Source: Raillietiella orientalis
Lineage: Eukaryota
Reading direction: 5' to 3'
Length of the DNA stretch: 64,000 nucleotides
Assembly: GCA_036172245.1 (NCBI GenBank)
Contig: JAYWIR010000053.1
Coordinates: forward strand, 310,001-374,000
The translations under genes and the position numbers were made by a program. Shown here piece by piece: positions 35,181 to 47,280 of this stretch (its first letter is position 1; every line of letters begins with the position of its first letter). A model generated the notes under the pieces. That model made no database searches and was not told where the DNA came from. It saw only the letters and a list, made by a program, of their open reading frames with translations.

Positions 35181-35363
35181 CCTGCCGAGTCGGTGAACTT
35201 GCTCCGCGGCTAGAAGTATTGTGCGCTTGACAACTTATTCAGTTCATTGTGCTCGTGTGTGCCCGGAGAGGGGAAGTTTCCAGAAGAAACAAAAAAAAGA
35301 AGCGGCGAGGACATCGCGGCAAAAGACCTGCAGTGGTCCCGTGCAGCAAGACCAGCTGCCAGG

Positions 35364-37103
35364 ATGCAGGCACCTAGAAGAGGAGTGGAGAGACCGTCGT
35401 CCCCCATGGAAGCCATGGAGGTAACGTGCGGCAACGGCGAGGCGGTGGCAGGCATGCCGAGGATCGTGCCCGCGGCGACGACGGCGGAGGTCGTGCCCGC
35501 GGCGGCGACGCCGAGGATCGTGCCCGCGGCGGGGAAGGTCGCGCCTGCGGCGGCGATGCCGAGGGTGGCGCCCGCGGCGGTAACGGCGGCAACGTCGAGG
35601 TTTGCGCCCGCGGCGGTGGCGTCCCAGGCGGGACCCGCGGGCGTCCACGCGGTGCAGGGAGCGACGCCATCTTGTTCGGCTGCGGCGTCGCAGCCCTTTT
35701 CTTATGCGTCGGTGGCGGCTGGACAGGCGAGTGTCCACCCACCTAGGAAATTCGGTAAGCCGCTTAGCGGAAAAGTACTAAAAGTGGACCGACCAATAGT
35801 CGAAATAGGCCCCAACGTGAAGCCCATTATCTTCAAGACGGAGCTAATAAGATTTAATAACATCAGGGAGGTCTATTTGTCCCTCGACAAGACGGACATA
35901 GACTTTGATCGCATTCAGGCGATCATTCCATCAAACAACGGGTTCACAGTCTTTACAGACTGTGAAAACATTAGAGAGCGATTTATCCAGAAGGGGATTA
36001 ATATACAAGGACGGATGGTTTGTGGTATTGGCGAGATGCCATACACAACCGTCTTTTTAAACGGCATCTCCATCCTCACACCGCAACTAGCGGTGTGGAA
36101 TTTCTTGGAGCAGTTTGGGGAAGTTCTGGACCTTGATTTCCAGAACTTCTCTGGAAACATATTTTCTGGCGACATGATCGCCAAGATGAAGTTGAGGGAG
36201 GGAGCGGTGATCCCTGGATTGGCCGTTATTGACGAACAATCCCAGGGAGTGAATGTGCGTTACCGGCAACAACCGGTATTCTGCACCGGGTGCAAGCAGT
36301 TCGGTCACAGGGCCGGCTCTTGCCCAACGTGTCGTTGTTTCCGCTGCGGCAAAGTAGGACATCAAGTCCGAAACTGCCCGCAGCCGGAGGTGTGCTCCTT
36401 CTGCAAGAAACACGGATATGCGGAATGGAGCTGTCCGGAGTTTGAAAACTGCAGAAGGATTCGAGGTCTCTCTCCCGTGAGAGAGAGAAACATCAAGGAG
36501 GCCGAACTGCCTCAGAAGGCAGGAAGGCAGAAAAAAGTGAAAGAAGCTGTACCGGTGTCGGCGGACGGCTTCATAGAAGTGGGAAAGAAGGGAAAGAGGA
36601 GGATGCTCGTCAAGGAGCAAGGAACTCCTCAAATCCTGGAAGCAGCAGAGCAGGAAGGCGAGAAGATGGAGGTAGCGCAGGAAGGCGCGAAGGAAGAGAG
36701 ACAGGAAGCCACTAAAGTGTCGCAGGAGGCTCTGCAGACTACGGAGGAGTTGGCAACACTGGCGGAGGAGATCATGGAGGTGCAGAGCGGTCCTCAGGAA
36801 GAGAAAATCTTGCAGAAGATCTGCACTGCACAAGAGAACATCAACCAGGTGGTGGAGGTCGCTGAACGCGAGAAGTTAGAAAAACAGCTTCTCGACGTGA
36901 AGAAGAACTTCTGCGCCAAGGTCGAGATAGAGGCGCTATCTCGAAAATTGATCGAGCGGGCCGAACACTCGACGGAGGAGGCGGAAGTAACCGACCTCAC
37001 CGGAACAGAGAGTGACGCCGGCAGCGAGAAGCCCGCTGCTTCTTCATTGTCTGGAAGAGCACGCTCTCTCAGACAGAAGAAGCTCAGGAAGGCCAAGAAA
37101 TAG
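35364..37103 (+). CDS. Intact family A ORF1p with three CCHC zinc knuckles (first ATG 35364; frame open from 35247)
   Basis: CTGCKQFGHRAGSC, CFRCGKVGHQVRNC, CSFCKKHGYAEWSC (third has H to Y); Glu-rich C-terminus. Confidence 0.85.
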   Translation: MQAPRRGVERPSSPMEAMEVTCGNGEAVAGMPRIVPAATTAEVVPAAATPRIVPAAGKVAPAAAMPRVAPAAVTAATSRFAPAAVASQAGPAGVHAVQGATPSCSAAASQPFSYASVAAGQASVHPPRKFGKPLSGKVLKVDRPIVEIGPNVKPIIFKTELIRFNNIREVYLSLDKTDIDFDRIQAIIPSNNGFTVFTDCENIRERFIQKGINIQGRMVCGIGEMPYTTVFLNGISILTPQLAVWNFLEQFGEVLDLDFQNFSGNIFSGDMIAKMKLREGAVIPGLAVIDEQSQGVNVRYRQQPVFCTGCKQFGHRAGSCPTCRCFRCGKVGHQVRNCPQPEVCSFCKKHGYAEWSCPEFENCRRIRGLSPVRERNIKEAELPQKAGRQKKVKEAVPVSADGFIEVGKKGKRRMLVKEQGTPQILEAAEQEGEKMEVAQEGAKEERQEATKVSQEALQTTEELATLAEEIMEVQSGPQEEKILQKICTAQENINQVVEVAEREKLEKQLLDVKKNFCAKVEIEALSRKLIERAEHSTEEAEVTDLTGTESDAGSEKPAASSLSGRARSLRQKKLRKAKK

Positions 37104-37116
37104 GTCTTCCCCTTTT

Positions 37117-40026
37117 ATGGCCTCTTCCCTATCGACCGTCAGGAGGCTGAACATCGCCTCCTGGAATGTAAACGGTATGGTCGACCAGGGAAAAAGAAGA
37201 AGGATTGTGCGGACCATCGCACAACAAGACATAGTGTGCCTGCAGGAGACCCACAAGATGGGTCTCGAGATTAGCCAGCAAATGAAACGGCGATTCAACG
37301 GGCAGATTTTCGTCAGCGAGGGAGAACGGAACACGCAGGGAGTGGCGGTCCTAATCAAGAACAACTTGGCCCCCACTATTCTGGAAGTGTTCTGTCCCCA
37401 ACCCGGACGAATCATCGGCGTGCGACTCGCCTGGTCCGCTACTGTTCACCTCATCCTGGTGAACGTGTACGGACCGCACAGGCTAAAACAGCGTTGTGCG
37501 GAGGCGCTGCATGCAGCACTCCGTGAAAAGGTTGCTTCCAAGGACGTCGTCATTGTTGCTGGCGATCTCAACATATTGGATGAGATCACTCACTCCGAAG
37601 ACGCCAGAAGAAGGACGGCGTATCGGCGGTTATCCGACGAGTTCGGACTGGTGTGGCAAACTGCAAGTCAGAAGCCGATCGATCACGTCCTGCACAGCAC
37701 CGAACTTGGGAATCGCCTCCAGGGTTTTCGAGACATTATGACCACGGTGTCCGATCACCCCCTGGTGCGGTTTTCCCTAAGAACGGAAAATCCTCGGCGG
37801 AGGCAAGGCACCAGGGCGGCGCTCATCAGCATGCCCGCCTGGTTCGAAACCCATATCGGACATCAGGCTGTCCTGGAGACGATTCTGAAGGCAACAACAA
37901 TCCGAAAAGTCGCCGACTGGGACAGCCTGAAACACAGGATACACCTGTTTGCGAACATGCAGTTCGGGGATAGGCGCTTGAGGCAAGAGGCGTACCGGGA
38001 GCTGAACATCCAAGATCGCTCCCTCTCAAAGTACTTCGATCAGTACGAGAGACGGTACGTCCTCAATAACATAAAAGGGGAAGTCGGCGTGCTGGAGAAG
38101 AGAAATCTGGCAACAGATATCTTCTGCATCCAGTACGACGGCCAAAAGCGACAGTCGTCTGAGGAAATCGTGGATGCCTTTCACAGGCATTACACGAAAC
38201 ACTTCAGGCGACAACAGCTGTGTCGCTCTAGTCAACAGGCCTTCTTGAGCTATCTCGAGAAGAGGACCGACGACCTCCAGCGGAACAGACTGGAGGAGGA
38301 GTTCTTCGAAGAAGAGGTGAAGACTGCGTTTGGGCAACTTCGCAAGGACGTGGCAGCGGGCCCTGACAGTGTACCCATCACGCACTATCAGCGGTACCTG
38401 CACGCCTACCTGCGCTTGTTCCACCAGTTGACCCTCTGCATCCGGGAAGAAGGCAGACTACCTCAGTCCTTCTACGAGAGTCGGATGAGATTGCTGCCGA
38501 AAGGAGGCGACTCTACCCACATCGCCCAATGGAGGCCAATCTCGATTCTAAACTCCGATGCCAAGTGGTTGGCGAAGATCTGGTCCAACCGCTTAGGCAA
38601 GATCATGTCGAGGCTGATCTCTCCGGTCCAGACATGTGCAGTCCCAGGACGACACATGTCGGACAATGTCAAGTGTGCCCAGGCCACTGTTGGACTCAGT
38701 CGATACGTCGGCGAGAACCTGGTGCTGGTGTTCACTGACATGGAGAAGGCCTTCGACTCCATCGACCATGGGATGCTGCTGAAGGTTCTGGAGAAGCTAG
38801 GGCTTCCGGAACACTTCAGCAACTTCGTGAGGGCGGTACTCCAGAACCAGTACTGCCGGATCAAGATCAACGGCCAGGAGACGGCAGCAATCAGGATGGA
38901 ACGAGGAGTCCGACAGGGCGACTCGCTAAGTCCGATGCTGTTCGTCATCTATATGGAGGCGTTGTCGTCCTTTATCGAGAAGAGCGTACGACTAAGCGGG
39001 ATTACCATCGATAGCCAGCGTCTTACCCATCTGGCATACGCCGATGATCTACTCTTCTTCATCAAGGGAGAGAAAAATCAGCGTGCGTTTCTGGATGTGG
39101 TGGACCAGATGGAACAGGGCTTGGGCTTAAAAATCAATTCCCAGAAGAGCCAGCTTTTGCCCGTCGGTATCCTGGATCTCTCCACTCTAACATGTAGTGG
39201 ATTCCGTACGGTGGACACGGCCAAGTACCTGGGAGTCTACATCGGCGACGGCTCTGCGTCGAAGCTGCTGTGGAAAGAAATCCTGGGGAAAACGGCCAAC
39301 GAAGCAGCCAAGTACACCCGAACGGACCTTGGGATGAAGCGAAAGGCCAACATATGGAACGTAGTACTCCTTCCGAAGGTGGTCTTCGGGGCGGCCTTCG
39401 CGAGGATGAACAAGGACACTACTAGGGAGTTCGACAAGCTGCAAAGAAAAACACTCTGGGGCCACTATCGTCCAAGAGTAAGACTGAAACCCCTGTGTCG
39501 TCCCAGGGAAGAAGGCGGTTCCGGGATGAAGTCGCTTGCACATTCCATGGAAATCATGGATACGCGACACATCCTGGACATGGCCACTTACTGGGATGAC
39601 TGGCCGTATGCGGCGCACCGGGCCTACGCGTTGTTGCTTAACAACTCGAAAGGCCTGATGACTGCGCTGCTAGGCAAAGTAGGGGAATGGATAACAATCG
39701 ACCCGACCTGGAGGAGGAAGCAACGGCTGGTGCGGAAGCACCAAATCAAGATCGTGCCGCGAAGCAGGGAACTCTGGCAGGACGAGTCCATCCTGGTGAT
39801 CCCTTGGTTGCTTCCTGTCCCGCCGGACACGAGTAGCTGGATCTACCAGCGGTCCAGAGTTACCCTACTGCAAATCCAGGAGTGGAGGCGAGGAGGCTAC
39901 CTACATCAAACACGTATACTTCGGTATACAGAGATGATGTTAGGAAGGTTTACCCACAGGACCCGCGAAGTGTGGTTAAACCACAACGACTTCGCATGGT
40001 CGAGGGTAACCAGAACAAACCTTTGA
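37117..40026 (+). pseudogene. Family A ORF2 (EN and RT intact) with a premature stop before the zinc finger
   Basis: ASWNVNG, LQETH, AGDLN, IDH, SDH, KAFD, RGVRQGDSLSP, YADD; TGA where A1/A3 have GGA. Confidence 0.87.
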
Positions 40027-40764
40027 AGGCTTATCCAAGAAAACGACCGTGACACCACTGCCCTCCAGGAAGCCACCGAACGCTACGGGAGTAAACGGTT
40101 CAACCTGTTAGTGATCGGCACGACGCTCTGGAGGAGTGACCTTCCGCCGGGCACCCAGGATGACCTCCTGATGTTTTATCACGGAGGAATCCAGAGTGGG
40201 TCGCGATTGCAGCACTTCACAGGAAGACGGGAAAACCGATACTGCGCAGCATGTGGAGACGACGACACGAGACTTCACGACTTGACGTTTCCCACACTGC
40301 TGCATGACTGGCTGATCCTGAAAAGGATCATAGGACTTACCAACAAGTCCGTTATGGAGATCCTCGCCAGGATGTTTCATATGGATGGTAATGTTCCCTG
40401 TTACAATCCCATGGTGAGGACGACCATAGCCCTCTTCATCACCGCCATACTTGTGGTGGAAAATGAGGAAAGCCAGGAGAGTCGCACCACCGATGGAGAT
40501 CCTACAAGGGCTCTTGAAGATGAAAATCGGCATCAGGAACTGCGGGAAGATCCACGCCTGGACGTACCGATTCATCCTGAAGAGGATCCAAGACGACGCC
40601 CGGGACTATCCAGCTGGAATTCCCCCCTGAAAAGCAGAACTCTAGTGCAACCCAAGGACCCTCAAGTGCAAAATGTTTGTATTGAGTGAATGAGAGTGCG
40701 AATGTAAATTTTGTATTTTTATAGAAAAATAAACTTACCCCACCCCTTGTGGGACTTGGGGAAA

Positions 40765-42123
40765 CCTGCCGAGTCGGCGATGGGGCGCCTGCATGCAGCG
40801 TGCTTTTGCTCGTTGCGACGCTGCTTTTTACGGCTTTCGTAGCCTTTGCAGTGGGGCCTGCGCTGCAGTAAGGCTGTCCGGTACTCGGAAGGGACAACGG
40901 AACGAGGCAAGAAGTCTTCGCACTGTTGCGATCTTCCTGTTTTCCTACCTTTCCCTCCAGGGTGTTACGGAGATTTCCTGGTTCCAGGTTCGGAAAGGTG
41001 CCTGCGAGTTCGGCAGAGAGGGAAGGCACGGCACGCGTCAAACCCTCGCGCTCCTTTTTAATTGGCTTCCCCGCCGTGACTTTCCCCTTTCGGGGCGTTG
41101 CGGGCGGGGATGCTTTCTTTTCATCCGCGGATCGCTCGTGGTTTTTTGCGAGTTTTTGCGGACGACGTTTTTTATTTGCCGCTGCGGCTTTTCGTGCAGT
41201 GGTCTCTTGAACCCGACGAATTTCCGCTGCGGCTCTTTTTATTGCAAGTACCGGGCACTTCTTGATTTCGTGCCCGGAATCTTTGCAATAGCGGCATCTT
41301 GGAGAGGGGCACTCTTTAATTCGGTGCCCATCCTTGCCGCACTGCTCGCACGCGCGAGTCTGGCCTATGAACCACAGGTGAACGACCGTGCCGTTCACCT
41401 GCAGCTGCTCAGGGACAACACGCCTGTTCGCGACGGTGATCCTCGCGGAGGCTTGTCCAATGTGGACAGAGGGGAAATCCTTTAGAGGATTTGGCCTCCT
41501 CCACAGAGCGTGCACGGTGGCGAACTTCGCCAGCACACTTACGACATCGCGGTCGGAGATTTCCGGTTCGATGTCGCACAATTGAACGACAAAAGAGTCG
41601 TCCATCGCGGTAGGTATGACTTCCTTGCCATTGATGGTCAACGGCGTACGGAGAAGGCGCTGCACAAGTGCTGCGTTCTTGCACCGAATCTTCGTATATT
41701 CCATCCTGCCAGCAGGCATTATGGCAAGGAGTTCCTCCTCGCGAACGCCTATCCGGACGAGCTCATCATTGAGCTCACGACCGATTCTCCCGTTAAGTGG
41801 CCCACTGATTTTATAACGGAGTGCAGGCATGTATCCTGATGACACATATGCCTGGAACTCCGCATCGCAGGGTCCTGGTCTTTGGGAGGTAACGACGGCG
41901 TAACTCCTCACCGGGGGCGAGGAAACCATTACGGAGGATGCGGCCACTTCAAGTGCAGCTGAAGTGCATCCAGTGGCTTGCTGCTCCACACTATCCTGTG
42001 TACTGGCCATGTTGCACTATGCTACTTGGCAGATTGCACAGGAACACACAAGTGCGAGCAAAAACGCAGGCACAAAGTTGCCCGATCGTTGGCGCGGAAA
42101 GACGCGGAAACACGTCTGCACTG
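40765..42123 (-). mobile_element. 5' part of a family D LINE: 5' UTR and ORF1 N-terminal half (ATG 42010)
   Basis: CEQCGKDGHRIKEC and CRYCKDSGHEIKKC; ends at SPTRQ, matching SLSRQ where D1/D2 ORF1 resumes; GCAGACGTGTTTCC 5' motif. Assignment to D is inferred from the shared 16-mer. Confidence 0.8.
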
Positions 42124-42125
42124 TA

Positions 42126-43816
42126 CGAGCGCGGGAGATCGAACGGATCTCGGGTGGGCGGCTGTTGTTGCGTTGCGGCACCGCGAAATCAAACGGTGTC
42201 GCCTTCCTGCTTCGGCCAGCCATCGAGACCGCAATAAAGGACGTTCGGTTCGATGACGCAGGTCGCGTCGGTCAGCTGACTCTCAGCTGGTCCGACTCTA
42301 TCGACCTGGTCGTCACCAACCTATACGCTCCTAGCGGAAATAACGCGTTGAAGGCGAAGGCAAGAAGGGAATTCTACCTTGCCCTGAGACGCCACTGGCT
42401 GACCGATGCAGGAGTTCGCAAAGCGCACCTGATCGCAGGTGATTTCAACCTGCGCCTGCTTTCAGGTGCGCCGGATACACTGAACGACCGCGTCAACGAG
42501 TTGTGCGCAGAAATGAACACGCGCAACTTGTTGGCCGGGGACACGGCCATGGAAAGCAGCATCGATCACGTGTACCTTGATCAGCACCTATGCTCTCGGG
42601 TGGGCAGGCGCGGCAAGGTACCATCCGAGCTGTCGGACCATGGTCGGATCATGTTCGAAGTGTGTCCGCGCGACAGGGGCCCCCCCTCGTCAGCGTGGCG
42701 TCTGCCAGGGGACTGGCTGAAGTTTCCCGACGCGGCGGAGCACCTCCGCGCGTTTATTCGGAGCTTCAGGATGCAGACACTTGAGGACTGGGACCGCTTC
42801 AAGCGGTCGGTCCAGGAGTTCTGCGATCAGTTCCCCCTGCATCGCCTACCTGCGAGTTTTGGGGAGGGGCCGCGTAACGAAAGGTGCTATCTTCAGGCCC
42901 GACGTTACGCGAGAACCCCCGACATGCGCAGGTTAGCAGAGTACCGAGCGGGAGCCGAGAGGCAAGCCTGGCAATCCGGATCGGCCAGCTTGCTGGACGA
43001 CCAGGGCCGGGAGCACTCGGTTCCCGCTCAGAAACGCGGGATAGTGAGGAAATTTTACTGCTCCCTGTACGCCAGGGCGCCTCCGGAGCGAGACGTCTCA
43101 CGACTTCTGCTTCCGGAAGGTGCTTCAGCGATCGGGGAGGAGGAGAAAAGAAGCCTCGACGAGCCTTTCACGATGGACGAGATCCTCTCGGCCATCGGAA
43201 AGCTCAGGAGGTGGAAGGCTCCAGGGGAGGACGGCCTGCCTGTAAAGTTTTACCAAACTTTCGCGGCTGAGCTTACTCCCCTGGTACATCAGCTCACCTT
43301 GCTGATCCGTGAAACAGGTGACGTTCCCACCTCGTTTCGTTCAGCAAAGGTGCGGCTCCTCCCGAAGGGAGGAGACCTAAGGAGCATGAACAACTGGCGT
43401 CCCATCACAATAGTGAATGCGGACGCCAAGTTGATACCCAAGATGTGGGCAGAGCGTCTGGGACGGGTTGCCAACATCTTCATCAGCCCGGAACAGACTT
43501 ATGCTGTTCCCGGGCGGAGCATGGAGGCGAACCTGTTCCACGCTTCCACATGGTTAGAGCTCCAACAAGGAAGGGGCTTATTGAGCAGCCGGAATTCCGG
43601 TGCGTCCGTTGGCGGGAGACGGAACGGTCGGGTGGGGAAGGGAGCCCTTGCGGTCGCTGTCGACTTGCGTAAAGCATTCGACAGCGTCGACCAGAATCTC
43701 CTGCTGGAGCTTCTGGAACGCTTGGGATTCCCGGCCTCTTTGTTGGCCTACCTGCGCTCCAGCTGGCGCGACGCGCTCATTAATGTTCTTTTCAGCGGGC
43801 AAACCGTGCACGGAGT
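42126..43816 (+). pseudogene. Family B ORF2 fragment (EN from AREIER to RT just before QGD), open frame
   Basis: NLYAP, AGDFN, SDH, WRPITIVN, DLRKAFD; most similar to 49240-50920. Confidence 0.85.
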
Positions 43817-44140
43817 ACCCGACCGTCGTCATCGAAGCGCACGCCCTTCACGGCAGCGTCGATGGCCGGCTTCACGAAGAACGCGACCCCGCAGGTGTTG
43901 CGGAGGCCCCACCGCCAATACAACCGACCCCCCGCGATCGTCTCGATCTCCTGGAAGTCTGCCGCGGTGATCACGTGTATCTCCTGCAGCAGGGCCAGGT
44001 CGAGCTCACGCAGGGTGTCGGCCGTATCTCGCCTGTTACCGTCGTCGCGCAGCCCGTTGACGTTCCAAGAGGCGGCGCGAATGCAATGGCGACTGGCGAG
44101 CCCAGGTGTTACTCCTGGGAAGATGGCGATGCGGCGTCCG
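43817..44140 (-). mobile_element. Inverted segment: ORF1 end and EN N-terminus
   Basis: Minus strand reads ...ASPSSQE* then ASWNVNGLRDDGNRR...LQEIH; overlaps the next segment by an 82-bp inverted repeat. Confidence 0.8.
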
Positions 44141-44700
44141 CCACACCTGCGGGGTCGCGTTTTTCGTGAAGCCGGCCATCGACGCTGCCGTGAAGGGCGT
44201 GCGCTTCGATGACGACGGTCGGGTCGGTCAGCTGATTCTCAGCTGGTCCGACTCGATCGAACTGATCGTCACGAATGTGTACGCCCCAACCGGTCAAAAG
44301 GGATACAGCAATTGTACCAGGCTGCTGGAATCCCTGAAGCGCGACTGGCTGGCGGACACGAACGTGCGGAAGGCTCACCTGATAGCGGGAGATTTCAATC
44401 TCCGTCTGCTAACAGGTGAGCCAGAAACACAAGAGAACGCGATGAACGAGTTGTGCGCCACCATGCGTGCACGCAACTTGTTCGCGGGTGAGAGGGGAAT
44501 GGTCCGCAGCATCGACCACGTCTTCCTCGACGCTGACCTGTGTTCACGGGTCGAGAAACGGGGGAGGGTTGCATCGACGTTGTCGGACCATTCCCGGTTA
44601 ATTTTCGAGATGCGGCCTCGTGACAAGGGACCGCCATCCAGGGATTGGCGTCTGCCAAGGGACTGGACGCGATTCTCAGGTGCGAAGGAACACCTTCGCG
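44141..44700 (+). pseudogene. EN fragment of LINE ORF2
   Basis: TCGVAFFV, NVYAP, AGDFN, IDH, SDH up to AKEHLR. Confidence 0.85.
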
Positions 44701-46433
44701 AACACCCGCGCGTCGAGGGGGTCACCCTCAGGTGGGGTCGCGCCAACCTGTTAGCCCTGCTCCATGGGGGCGGGCTGTTCAGGCTCGGCAACTGCAGGGA
44801 GGACTTGGCCCCCCTACTCACCCTCCTCCATGGGGGTGGCCGGTTCGACGGCTTCCGAGCGTGGGAGTTCCTCCTCCGGGATTCCCACGCTACCGCTAGC
44901 TTCCTGCTTCTCCTCCTCGCTGGTGGAGGGGAGGCGCCTCCTGGGTTTCTGGGACTTGCGTCCCGACTTCCTGGGGGGTGCCTCCGAGGAGGAGGATGCA
45001 CTTCCGGCCCCCAGGTCCGACTCACCTGTGGGGGCCTTTTTCGCGGGAGCCGGCCTTTGCACGGCCTTGCGTGAGGGGTTCTCACGCTCCGCCAGCGTGG
45101 CCGCGAGCTCCTCCGCCGCCTTTGCGAACGCGGCGTCCTCGGTGTCGACCGGCGCGTCGCGCGGCTCACCCTCTGTTTGCACAGAGGGTTCGCCGTCGCG
45201 AACTTCGGGCGCGACGGAAACGGCGAGGGGAGGCTCGTCACCCCGGTTGGCATCTTCCGGAACGACGACACGTTCCAGTGCCACCGTGCACTCGCCTAAG
45301 GTTTTCAAACGCGGCCCGGGTTTTTTTGCCTTCCCGTCCGGCTTCTCTTTCTTCTCCTTTAAAGGAGATTTTTTCTCTTTTCTGGCTGCTACAAGTTGTT
45401 AGCACTCTTCACCTTCCGCCTCTTGGGAAGGTTTACCCTTCGTTTTTTCTTTTGGAGCTTGAGGATCTCGTAGCTTCAGCCGGCCAGCGTCCGCCTTAGT
45501 TCTTGCGACCTTTAGTGAGCGTTTCCTCTGCGCCTTTTTCGCGGCAGGAGGAACCGTGGTGGGGCGTTTTGGGCACACACGTCGAACGTGGCTTTTCTCC
45601 CCGCACATGTGGCATTGGATGTTAGGACACCTCTTGCGAAGGTGTCCTACGGTATCGCAGTAGCCGCAATTCCGGGGCTTTCCCACGTACCAGAAATCCA
45701 CGCTCTCTTGCGCGACCTCCAGCTTGTGGGGAAGCCCACAATCCTTACTCACGGTTACCCGCGCTGTAGCATGGCCTCCGAAATGGCTATTGAAGCCTTC
45801 AAAGATTGTTGGCTTAGGCCACAGCGCGTGCACCTCGCCGATCTTCCGAAGTTTTTGTGCTACCGCAGAGCGAGTCATACGGCTCGTTATTCCAGTGAGA
45901 TGGACCATCACGGAGCGGTCCATCGTCACCGGCAAGATCTTGCGGCCGTCGACGTTTAACGGGTTGGTGATCAGAGTCTGAGCCAAGGTGATCTCCTTGC
46001 ACATAACCTCGACTCGCTTACCTCCGCTGAGGACGGACAAACCGTCAAGATCTTGTTCTCTCACTCCGGCGTTTTGCAGCGCTTTCGAAAACGCGCGTGC
46101 CGTTTTTCCATCAAATAAGGGGCCTACCTGGTATACCATGCTGGGCTTGTACCCAGCTGCCCGGTAGGCCGCCATCTGGGCCACGGTTTCCGCGCTCGGC
46201 GCGGCCACCATGGCGCTCCAGCTCCTCGCCTTGGGCGGCGAGGGCGATTCAGGGGCGGACGCCCCTGATTGTGTAGGCTGTGGGGGTGGGCAAGCCTCCC
46301 CCACACCTACCTCCATCGTGGTGTCCACAGGCATCGCTGCCATCGGACACCAACGATGTTCCACACCAAACAACACAAGAAAAAACCGCTTCCTCTCGAC
46401 TCACTGAAGAGCGAAGGAAAAACACGTCCACTC
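44701..46433 (-). mobile_element. 5' UTR and nearly complete ORF1 (one stop) of another LINE family; ORF2 absent
   Basis: GAGTGGACGTG 5' motif; CGYCDTVGHLRKRC, CHMCGEKSHVRRVC; FAKAAEELAA. Confidence 0.85.
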
Positions 46434-47280
46434 GCCAAGAGATTTGGCGAAGGGGCTCGCAACGAACGCGCGTATTTGCACGTGCTTCGTCACGAGAGGA
46501 ACCCCAATGTCCCTCGCCTGGTCGAATACCGCGCCGGAGCCGAGCGACAAGCCGGTCAATCCGGGTCAGCCAGCATGCTGGATGACTTGGAACGGGAACG
46601 TTCGTCCCCGTCTGCGGTACGGAATCTCGTGAGGTGTTTTCATTCCTCCCTTTACGCCGAAACACCACCCGAACAAGACGGCTCGCGGCGATTGGTCATG
46701 AGCGGTTCCGTGGCGATAGGGGAGAAGGAGACAGAAAGCATCGATGAGCCTTTCACGTCCGGTGAAATTCTCTCCGGTATCAAAAGGCTCCAGAAACGTG
46801 AGGCTCCAGGTGAGGACGGCTTGTTTGCGGAGTTCTTCCAGAGTGTCGCGAAAGAGCTGGCCCCCCTGGTGCTCGAGTTGACAAGGCAAATCCGAGACGA
46901 AGGCGATGTTCCCGCCTCGTTTCGGTCAGCCAGGGTGAGGCTTCTCCCGAAGGGAGGAGACCTCAGGAAACTCAGCAACTGGCGTCCGATCACGATTGTG
47001 AACACGGACGCCAAGTTGATTGCCGGGCTGTGGGCGTCGCGACTGGGGAAGGTGTCTAATTCCATAATTAGCCCTGAGCAGAATTACGCTGTACCCGGGC
47101 GAAGTATGGAGGACAACCTCTTCTTCGCGAGCACATGGATGCACGCGCAGCGGAGTAAGAAAGAAGGGAAACGGAAAATTTGCAATTGTACTTTGGGGCC
47201 GCCAGTGGGACAGGGTTTGGGACTTTCATGCGAGAAAGAAGGCCTTAGCGATCGCAGTCGACCTCCATAAGGCATTCGAT
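46434..47280 (+). pseudogene. ORF2 fragment (linker KRFGEG to DLHKAFD)
   Basis: APGEDGLFAEFF, WRPITIVN; similar to 22110-23035. Confidence 0.85.

Larger units (their letters stand above)
35197..40764 (+). mobile_element. Full-length family A LINE copy A4
   Basis: Intact ORF1; EN-RT continuous until TGA at 40024-40026; 3' UTR hairpin; flanked by 16-mers at 35181-35196 and 40765-40780. Confidence 0.92.

Noticed and set aside
40502..42010. 502-aa ORF as a complete gene
   Set aside because: It is an interrupted ORF1 reading through the insertion junction into antisense A 3' UTR.
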